From a virus, in the IMG/VR virus record IMGVR_UViG_3300045988_062151: DNA of 43,380 bases; one strand, written 5' to 3'. The notes below the pieces were generated by a model. It searched no databases. It saw nothing but the letters and a program-made list of their open reading frames with translations, and had not been told where the DNA came from. Of the stretch, positions 15,846 through 22,790 are shown in pieces. Made by a program: the position numbers and the translations under genes. The first letter of the stretch is position 1. Each line of letters opens with the position of its first letter.

Positions 15846-15895
15846 TGCCGCTGACCCACATCCCTTTTAAAAGTTATGGGTAGAAAGGATTTTTT
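15846..15895 (+). promoter_or_regulatory. Conserved leader motif, copy A (upstream of the major capsid gene)
   Basis: tgccgctgacccacatcccttttaaaagttatgggtagaaaggattttttATG is nearly identical to 21237-21289. Confidence 0.6.
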
Positions 15896-17068
15896 ATGCC
15901 ATTATTTGACCAGAAAAATTTTAATGGTGAGGTATTTGGTGCGTATGTCGACACTGTACCGAAGCTTAAAAGAAATGAACTTCTGAAATCCGGTGCGATT
16001 GTAGAGAAATCACAGTATGCAACCATGCTGCCGGATCAGACTGGCGGTAATTACATTACCATTCCGATCAAAGCAAGAATTGGTGGAACGGCTGACAACT
16101 ACGATGGTAATACGGACATTACCGCAGATTCCCGCGAAACCTTTACGCACGGAAGAATTGTTGCAGGACGTTCTCACGGTTGGACGGAAAAAGATTTCTC
16201 CTCTGACATCACCGGAGAGGATTTCGAACCGGCAGCGCAGGAAGTGGCAGAGTACTGGGACGACGTAGATCAGGCTACTCTTCTGTCTGTCCTGAAAGGC
16301 ATTTTCTCTATGACTGGCACGGAGAATCTGAAGTTCGTGAACGATCATACCTATGATGTGTCTATGGCTGCAACTGAGACCGGATTTAAGGAGACTACTC
16401 TCAACAACGCAGTACAGCAGGCGCTTGGAGACAACAAGGCAAAATTTAGCCTTGCTATCATGCATTCCAAGATCGCAACTGATCTGGAGAACCTGAAGCT
16501 TCTGTCTTACATGAAGTATAACGATGGCGACGGAATCGAAAGAGACCTGACTCTCGCTACTCTGAACGGCAGAACTGTACTGGTTGACGACGATATGCCG
16601 ACCACAACCGTTGCTGCTAAGTATGTGAGAGCACTGTCTACTGATCCGGGAGCACTGAAAGTTACTACTGCAGGCACCGATTCCGGAGAGGTAGCAAAAG
16701 CTACCGTTGCTGCTGATATTACAGATATCGCAGAGAATGAGTATGTTGTTCTCCTTCCGGCTGGAACTGCTTATACGACTTACGTGCTGGGCGCTGGCTC
16801 TATTGAGTACACCAACTGCGGAGCAAAAACACCGTATGAGCTGGACAGAAATGCGGCAAAGAATGGCGGTGAGACTACCCTCTACTCTCGTCAGAGAAAG
16901 ATCTTCTCTCCGTACGGTATTTCCTTCAAGTCCGGTTCCATCATCTCCCCGACTGATGTGCAGCTGGCAACCGGAAGCAACTGGGAGCTTGCGAACAACA
17001 ACGCTTCTGGAACGAAGAAATACTTCCCGATCAAGGCTATTCCGATCGCAAGAATCATCACTCGATAG
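15896..17068 (+). CDS. Major capsid protein
   Basis: 390 aa, directly after the scaffold gene, with size and composition typical of HK97-fold capsid proteins. No homology search was done. Confidence 0.75.
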   Translation: MPLFDQKNFNGEVFGAYVDTVPKLKRNELLKSGAIVEKSQYATMLPDQTGGNYITIPIKARIGGTADNYDGNTDITADSRETFTHGRIVAGRSHGWTEKDFSSDITGEDFEPAAQEVAEYWDDVDQATLLSVLKGIFSMTGTENLKFVNDHTYDVSMAATETGFKETTLNNAVQQALGDNKAKFSLAIMHSKIATDLENLKLLSYMKYNDGDGIERDLTLATLNGRTVLVDDDMPTTTVAAKYVRALSTDPGALKVTTAGTDSGEVAKATVAADITDIAENEYVVLLPAGTAYTTYVLGAGSIEYTNCGAKTPYELDRNAAKNGGETTLYSRQRKIFSPYGISFKSGSIISPTDVQLATGSNWELANNNASGTKKYFPIKAIPIARIITR

Positions 17069-17079
17069 GAGAAAACGGC

Positions 17080-17577
17080 ATGGCATACGCAGATTACAAA
17101 TTCTATACAGAATCATACTTCGGCAATGTCGTGCCGGAATCTGATTTTCCACGAGTGGAGAGCAAAGCCAGTGACTTCGTGGATATTCTGACCCATGATC
17201 GTCTGGTGGATGGACTGCCTACCAATGAGCATGCTCAAATGCGCATCAAAAAGGCGGTCTGCTCACTGGCGGATACATTGTACCAGATTGAGCTTGCCGA
17301 AAAGCAGGCTCTTTCCGTTGCAGAATCCGGTTTTACGTCTTCATCCGGCGGAGCAGGGAAGACCACAGGAGTTGTGACCTCTGTATCTTCCGGCAGTGAG
17401 TCTATCTCATATGCCACTCCGCAGCAGATCGGCGCAGGTGCAAAGGAAATGAGCGCGCTGTATGCGGCGGCTGGAGATCCACAGAAAACCAATGACATTC
17501 TGCTCAAAATTGCACTTCCTATGCTTATGGGAGTGAGAACTGATGATGGTATTCCGATTCTCTATGCGGGGGTATGA
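17080..17577 (+). CDS. Head-tail connector/adaptor (gp6-like), by position
   Basis: It is the first gene after the major capsid gene. The N-terminus YADYKFYTESYFGNVVPESDF is typical of adaptor proteins as I recall them. Confidence 0.4.
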   Translation: MAYADYKFYTESYFGNVVPESDFPRVESKASDFVDILTHDRLVDGLPTNEHAQMRIKKAVCSLADTLYQIELAEKQALSVAESGFTSSSGGAGKTTGVVTSVSSGSESISYATPQQIGAGAKEMSALYAAAGDPQKTNDILLKIALPMLMGVRTDDGIPILYAGV

Positions 17578-17837
17578 GTATGATTTGCAATAAAAAAGCG
17601 TATCCGGATATGAGAAAAGATTGTGAAAATTGTTCTGAAAAGGAAGCGTGTTTTAACGGGTATGCCGTTGGAGCCTCTTACATGGAGAATGCTACTGAAA
17701 AGCTGGAACAGCCTCTTATGAGGGAAACAACCACGTTAAATGTTGGCGGAAATCTGGTACCAGTATACAAAGACGATCTGAGAAAAGAAATATACAAGGC
17801 GTTAAGAGAACCTTTTTCTTTGAGGTATGGAGCATGA
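17574..17837 (+). CDS. Hypothetical protein
   Basis: ATGA overlap with the upstream gene; 87 aa. Confidence 0.5.
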   Translation: MSMICNKKAYPDMRKDCENCSEKEACFNGYAVGASYMENATEKLEQPLMRETTTLNVGGNLVPVYKDDLRKEIYKALREPFSLRYGA

Positions 17838-18196
17838 ATATTTTGCAGGACTGTAGAATTAACATTTTAGGTTCCGAATGGAACATAAAGTTCGGAAACG
17901 AGGAACAGTATCCGAACTTAAAAAATATGGATGGTTATTGTGACCAAAGCACACGTGAAATTATTGTTGACAATATGGAAAAGTACCAGGAGCAGCTTGG
18001 CTCAAAAGCGGATCTTCCAAGCTATCGGAAGCAGGTTACCAGACATGAAATCATTCATGCATTTCTGTTTGAGTCAGGTCTTGATATAAGTTCGGTCAAA
18101 GCCGAAAGCTGGGCTACGAATGAAGAGATGGTAGACTGGGTTGCTATCCAGATACCAAAAATCATTGTTGCTATGGAGAAAGCTGGTGCTCTATGA
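17834..18196 (+). CDS. Putative small zinc metallopeptidase (HExxH)
   Basis: VTRHEIIHAFLFESG contains HEIIH, preceded by a SprT/WLM-like segment (DGYCDQSTREIIVD). Confidence 0.5.
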   Translation: MNILQDCRINILGSEWNIKFGNEEQYPNLKNMDGYCDQSTREIIVDNMEKYQEQLGSKADLPSYRKQVTRHEIIHAFLFESGLDISSVKAESWATNEEMVDWVAIQIPKIIVAMEKAGAL

Positions 18197-18333
18197 AAAT
18201 TCTGAAACGATTATTTTGCAATCATAAAAAACAGGTGCATGTCGGCACGTATTTGTCCGATGAACCGGATGGATCACGACGGACACGCCATATATGGCAG
18301 CGCAAAAACTGCGGAAAAATGATTTGGAGGTAG
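18193..18333 (+). CDS. Small Cys/His protein (46 aa)
   Basis: ATGA overlap with the upstream stop. The ORF fills the 18197-18337 gap. The protein reads CNH...H...CGK. Confidence 0.35.
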   Translation: MKILKRLFCNHKKQVHVGTYLSDEPDGSRRTRHIWQRKNCGKMIWR

Positions 18334-18337
18334 AAAG

Positions 18338-18604
18338 ATGGATTTAAGCTCATTGGGCAATTGCGTTCCCATTATTATGATCTGCTATGGTGTAGGGTTT
18401 GCGTGCAAGACCTTTCCTAAAATCCCGGATGAACGCATTCCGGTTATCATGCTGCTGGTGGGTGGTGTTCTCGGTACAATTGGTATGAGAGTTATCCCGA
18501 GCTTTCCGGCAACGGATTACATCACCGCTGTTGCGGTCGGTATGTTTAATGGCCTTACGGCTACCGGAATCAATCAGCTGTATAAGCAGAGCAAGAAAGC
18601 GTAA
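18338..18604 (+). CDS. Small multi-TM protein, holin-like
   Basis: RBS GGAGG is upstream. The 88-aa protein has 2-3 hydrophobic helices (VPIIMICYGVGFACKTF; IPVIMLLVGGVLGTIG; ITAVAVGMFNGL) and a charged C-terminus KQSKKA. Confidence 0.5.
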   Translation: MDLSSLGNCVPIIMICYGVGFACKTFPKIPDERIPVIMLLVGGVLGTIGMRVIPSFPATDYITAVAVGMFNGLTATGINQLYKQSKKA

Positions 18605-18610
18605 GAAGCT

Positions 18611-18994
18611 GTGGGCGGTCGGGGATCGTCCAGCGGTATGAGTGACAAAGGAAAACCGTATGGAAGTCAGTACCATTCATTATATGAATACGAAAATGTA
18701 AAGTTTGTTTCCAACATAGGAAAAAATTATGAGCCACTTATGGAAACTCGGACGGAAGGAAGAGTGTACGTACAGGTCGGAGGAAACGACATTATCAGAA
18801 TTGTATTCATGGATGAGCAGAACAAAAGAAATAAAGTCATTGAGCAGGACAAAAGGTCAAAAGAATGGCATGTTCATCATGGGTATTTTCACACAGAAAA
18901 TTCCGAAAAAGAACACGAGCCACTATCTGCTCAAGACAGACAGTATCTTGAAAAGATCAAAAGGATATGGCATAATCGTAGTAAGCAAACATAG
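18611..18994 (+). CDS. MGGRG-N-terminus protein, unknown function
   Basis: GTG start. The N-terminus MGGRGSSSGMS parallels that of gene 10827. A terminator follows. Confidence 0.5.
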   Translation: MGGRGSSSGMSDKGKPYGSQYHSLYEYENVKFVSNIGKNYEPLMETRTEGRVYVQVGGNDIIRIVFMDEQNKRNKVIEQDKRSKEWHVHHGYFHTENSEKEHEPLSAQDRQYLEKIKRIWHNRSKQT

Positions 18995-19057
18995 TTTAAG
19001 TCGGGGAAAACACTCATAAAATGAGAGTTCTGCGTTCAAATCGTCGGTGTTTGTGAG

Positions 19058-19097
19058 AGAGATGCTATATCAGAAATGATGTGGCGTCTCTTTTTTT
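19058..19097 (+). terminator. Rho-independent terminator
   Basis: Stem agagatgc / gcgtctct (8 bp, one G-U pair), followed by a T7 run. Confidence 0.6.
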
Positions 19098-19107
19098 ATG
19101 AAAAATT

Positions 19108-19749
19108 ATGGCAGATAAGACAAACAGTATTGCATACGAAAATCTGAATCGGCGTATATTTGACGGCGTTGGAGAATACGGCATACCGCAGTTGCTACCG
19201 GAAACATTCGCAGGTGACTGCGAATTTGTCGGTTTCAATTATGCCAGAGGTAATTGCTCAAACACCGATCAGAAAGCTGTTCATTTCTTTCTGGACGATT
19301 ACCAGTTCTATTCTCTTTGGAGAACACCGGACAGGTACGTGGATAAGTTGAGTAAATTCCGGTACGTTCTGACACCGGATTTCAGTACTTACACTGATTT
19401 TCCGAAAGCAATCCAGATATACAACCACTACCGCAAGCATTGGGTAGGTGCATATCTGCAAGAGTATGGCTGCCGGGTAATTCCAACAATCTCATGGAGC
19501 ACGCCGGATTCCTACGAATGGTGCTTTGACGGTGAACCGGAGGGCGGAACGGTGGCAATTAGTTCCGTTGGATGTATGAACGGCAAGGCGAAAAAGGAAC
19601 TATTCTTGTCCGGTTACAATGCAATGATCGAACGGTTACACCCGGAAAGCATCATCTTTTACGGAGCAGTACCGGAAGAGTGCAAAGGCAATATTGTTCG
19701 GGTAAAAGCGTTCAGTGACAGATTCAGTAAGGCAATCTGCGAGGTGTGA
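19108..19749 (+). CDS. DUF4417-like protein
   Basis: HFFLDDYQF...LTPDFSTYTDFP...IYNHYRKHWVGAYLQEYGCRVIPTISW matches my recollection of the DUF4417 signature. Confidence 0.55.
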   Translation: MADKTNSIAYENLNRRIFDGVGEYGIPQLLPETFAGDCEFVGFNYARGNCSNTDQKAVHFFLDDYQFYSLWRTPDRYVDKLSKFRYVLTPDFSTYTDFPKAIQIYNHYRKHWVGAYLQEYGCRVIPTISWSTPDSYEWCFDGEPEGGTVAISSVGCMNGKAKKELFLSGYNAMIERLHPESIIFYGAVPEECKGNIVRVKAFSDRFSKAICEV

Positions 19750-20222
19750 GCATGTATAACGACCATGTGACAGTATTCAACTTTTACGAATCTCCCACAA
19801 CCGGGGAGATAACGTGGTATCCGCATGTGCTTCAGATGTGTGATCTGATTACAGACCGCGGTGCGATTATCAAAAAATATGGAGCAGACAGCACCGATAC
19901 TGCACAGCTTCATGTTCGATGGTATGACGCAGATGCTGGAGATATATGCGTCATACGATCCAGCGGTGACTATTTGCCGTATCTTCCGCCGAAAGAATGG
20001 AAGAAGCAGACCAATGATAAGCTGGCGGAATCTATAACCTTTTCAGATAAAGATTTCTTCTGCAAAGGCATATGGATTGGGCGGGATGCTCCGATATCTG
20101 ATGATGATTACCGCGGCGGATTCTATCAGCATGTAAACAATCTCAATGACAATGTGTTTAAGGTTTCAAGTGTAGGAGGACCGTATACCGTGATCCCGCA
20201 TTTTGAAATCCTTGGAAAGTAG
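19746..20222 (+). CDS. Head-tail joining protein (A118-type 'minor capsid 1' position)
   Basis: Gene order and size in the connector block upstream of the major tail gene. Confidence 0.45.
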   Translation: MSMYNDHVTVFNFYESPTTGEITWYPHVLQMCDLITDRGAIIKKYGADSTDTAQLHVRWYDADAGDICVIRSSGDYLPYLPPKEWKKQTNDKLAESITFSDKDFFCKGIWIGRDAPISDDDYRGGFYQHVNNLNDNVFKVSSVGGPYTVIPHFEILGK

Positions 20223-20229
20223 GTAGCAC

Positions 20230-20721
20230 ATGGACAGAATGCAGCATTTTCCTTCATTTTCAATCGTATATGGAGACATTGATATTAAGCTCGATCTGTC
20301 CAGATTTGAGGAACAGTACAAGAAAGCACAGTATGAGCTTGACGGTAATGTTATGAACAGCATGGTTCCGTTTATGCCGCATTACAACGGCACGTTCATC
20401 CAGAACACCCGGGCGCATAGTGCTGCAATCCAGGGAACCGGAAAAGTGTATGCCGCATACGGTCAGCAGGGAAGATACCTGTACATGGGAAAAACGATGG
20501 TTGACGAGGAAACCGGAAGCGCATGGGCGAAACAAGGTAATAAGAAAGTTCTCGTCAGCCAGTACGGCGGTAAGACCAATGCAAAGGAAAACCTGTCATA
20601 CACCCATACACACAATCCGGCGGCGCAAGCTCACTGGTTCGATGCTGCGAAAAAGGCTGACGGAAAAAGCTGGATAAGGCAGGTAAAAGCAACGGCGGGA
20701 GGTGGTAAACGTGGCGGATAA
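20230..20721 (+). CDS. Head-tail joining protein ('minor capsid 2' position)
   Basis: Gene order. The NPAAQAHWFDAAKKADGKSW motif resembles head-closure/neck proteins. Confidence 0.45.
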   Translation: MDRMQHFPSFSIVYGDIDIKLDLSRFEEQYKKAQYELDGNVMNSMVPFMPHYNGTFIQNTRAHSAAIQGTGKVYAAYGQQGRYLYMGKTMVDEETGSAWAKQGNKKVLVSQYGGKTNAKENLSYTHTHNPAAQAHWFDAAKKADGKSWIRQVKATAGGGKRGG

Positions 20722-21217
20722 TCTGAAACCGATAGGCGTAGACGCTGATGGGTACGACATTTTGACAACAGCCATGAAAGCGTTGCTGAATCAGTATCCC
20801 GGATTACAGGCGGATGAAACCATCCGGTTTGAACAGCTGGAAGACGACAGCGGCATAGCTTTCTCCAATGACAACGGTGCACTGGTCTACTCCGAGAAGG
20901 AAGATGTGTGCGGAGTCATGCATCAGATCTGCCAGTATCCTTTTTTCGTCATATACCGGACGGCATCACTGCGGGAGAAACAAAAGATCAATGTGCAGGC
21001 ATTCCTTGACAGTCTCGGTAAATGGATATGCCGGGAGCCTGTAACTATTGATGGCGTGGACACCCGCCTCACGACGTTCCCGGAACTTTCCGGCGGACGA
21101 ATCATCAAGCGTATAACCCGTGACAATTCTTACGGCACAGTACCGCAGGAGAACGGTGTGCAGGACTGGGTTCTTCCTTTGACAGTCCGATACGAATACA
21201 ACTATGAAACGATATAA
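20711..21217 (+). CDS. Tail completion / neck protein ('minor capsid 3' position)
   Basis: Track ORF 20702..21217. GTG 20711 follows GGAGGTGG. It is the last gene before the major tail gene. Confidence 0.45.
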   Translation: MADNLKPIGVDADGYDILTTAMKALLNQYPGLQADETIRFEQLEDDSGIAFSNDNGALVYSEKEDVCGVMHQICQYPFFVIYRTASLREKQKINVQAFLDSLGKWICREPVTIDGVDTRLTTFPELSGGRIIKRITRDNSYGTVPQENGVQDWVLPLTVRYEYNYETI

Positions 21218-21236
21218 CCGACAGCAGAACAGATGC

Positions 21237-21289
21237 TGCCGCTGACCCAGAAATCCCTTTAAAAGCTATGGGTAGAAAGGACTTTTTTT
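21237..21289 (+). promoter_or_regulatory. Conserved leader motif, copy B (upstream of the major tail gene)
   Basis: tgccgctgacccagaaatccctttaaaagctatgggtagaaaggactttttttATG is nearly identical to 15846-15895. Confidence 0.6.
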
Positions 21290-21787
21290 ATGGCTGTAAC
21301 AGGAAAAATTGACCGTAAATACATGGCACATTTTCTCGATGCAGGCTCTCTGTGTGGTGGTCTTACTCCGAAGTATGAACGCCTCGGAAAAGATCTGGAA
21401 GAGTACAACATCGAACTCAACCCAGACACAGAGACCTCTAAGAATATCCTTGGTGAGACGACCTTCAAGCACAATGGTTATGAGGCTTCCTCCGAAGCTG
21501 ATCCGTTCTATGCGGAAACAGACTCCGATCTCTTTAAGGCTCTCCAGAAGATTGTAGACGAACGTCTAAAAGACGACAATCTCAAAACTAAAGTAGTGGA
21601 AGTGCACCTCTGGACAGAAGAAACCAGCGGAGCATATGAAGCATACCAACAGGAATGCTATGTTGTCCCGACCTCCTATGGCGGTGACACTTCCGGATAT
21701 CAGATTCCGTTCACTGTCAACTATGTTGGCGAGCGTGTGAAAGGAACCTTTAACCCGACAACCAAAGCATTCACTGCAGCAGAATAA
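21290..21787 (+). CDS. Major tail protein
   Basis: 165 aa, located before the chaperone pair and tape measure gene. It shares the high-expression leader with the capsid gene. Confidence 0.6.
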   Translation: MAVTGKIDRKYMAHFLDAGSLCGGLTPKYERLGKDLEEYNIELNPDTETSKNILGETTFKHNGYEASSEADPFYAETDSDLFKALQKIVDERLKDDNLKTKVVEVHLWTEETSGAYEAYQQECYVVPTSYGGDTSGYQIPFTVNYVGERVKGTFNPTTKAFTAAE

Positions 21788-21808
21788 GCGGAGTAAGGAG
21801 GACAACTC

Positions 21809-22222
21809 ATGGAAGAAATGAAACTTACAGTCGACACAGGTGCGGTGAATATCGCAGTACAGGAACCGGACGGCAGTGTAATCGGATCGTTCAAATTCAT
21901 CCCAACCGATATGGACATCATCAGGCGTTACGGGAAGGTAGTGGATTATTTCAACGGCATTACGTTCCCGGAGAACCCGACCGACGAAGAGTACATCAAG
22001 CTTGATGATGAAATCAGAGGACAGTTGGATTATCTACTCAACGGCAATGTGTCAGAGGGCGTATTTGCCAAATGTGCCCCACTGACCATGATCTCCAATG
22101 GTGATTTGTTCTTCGAGACAATCATTGATGGAATCGGAAAGTTGATTGAGAAGACCATGAAGACCCGAATTGATAAGAAAATGAAACGCGTGAAAGCAGC
22201 AACCTCCAAATACCACGGATGA
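21809..22222 (+). CDS. Tail assembly chaperone (gp14-like)
   Basis: Position. Small acidic protein upstream of Gp15 and the tape measure gene. Confidence 0.5.
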   Translation: MEEMKLTVDTGAVNIAVQEPDGSVIGSFKFIPTDMDIIRRYGKVVDYFNGITFPENPTDEEYIKLDDEIRGQLDYLLNGNVSEGVFAKCAPLTMISNGDLFFETIIDGIGKLIEKTMKTRIDKKMKRVKAATSKYHG

Positions 22223-22779
22223 TCGCGTGGGAATTACCTGAATCATTGTGTGTAGGTGGTCAAGAATGGAAGATCCGGACTGACTTCCGAGCCATTCTTG
22301 ATATTATCCGCTACTTTGCAGACCCAGAATATGAGGCAGACGAGTCGTGGCTTATCTGCCTCACAATTCTATATATAGATTTTGAAGATATGCCGCCAGA
22401 GATGTACCAGGAAGCCTGTGAAAAAGCTATTGAGTTCATCGACATGGGAATCAAGGATGACGGCAAGAAAAAGCCGCACACGATGGACTGGGAGCAGGAT
22501 GCACCCATTATTCTCCCGGCTGTGAATCGCGTTCTGGGGCAAGAGGTAAGAGCGGTTGAGCACCTGCACTGGTGGACGTTTCTCGGAGCTTACATGGAGA
22601 TTGGAGACAGCTTGTTTTCACAGACCATAAGTATCCGGAAAAAGAAGATGGAGGGAAAACATCTGGAGAAGTGGGAACGTGAATGGTACAAGCAAAACAA
22701 AGATCTGGTTGACTTGAAAAAGCGTTACACAGCAGAGGAAAAAGCCGAAATGGATCGGCTGAATAAGATCCTCGGATAG
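22219..22779 (+). CDS. Gp15-family tail assembly protein
   Basis: The N-terminus LPESLCVGGQEWKIRTDFRAILDIIRYF resembles the Phage_Gp15 family. It lies immediately before the tape measure gene. Confidence 0.6.
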   Translation: MIAWELPESLCVGGQEWKIRTDFRAILDIIRYFADPEYEADESWLICLTILYIDFEDMPPEMYQEACEKAIEFIDMGIKDDGKKKPHTMDWEQDAPIILPAVNRVLGQEVRAVEHLHWWTFLGAYMEIGDSLFSQTISIRKKKMEGKHLEKWEREWYKQNKDLVDLKKRYTAEEKAEMDRLNKILG

Positions 22780-22790
22780 GCGGTGAGAAA

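Noticed and set aside
16010-17152. 380-aa minus-strand ORF
   Set aside because: It is fully antisense to the major capsid gene, has a Cys/Ser/Arg-rich non-protein-like composition and no RBS. The + strand gene fits the module order.
21809-22779. Programmed -1 frameshift joining the two tail chaperone ORFs
   Set aside because: I found no XXXYYYZ-type slippery heptamer near the end of 21809..22222. The second ORF has its own ATG overlapping the stop, consistent with two separate proteins (the gp14/Gp15 arrangement).
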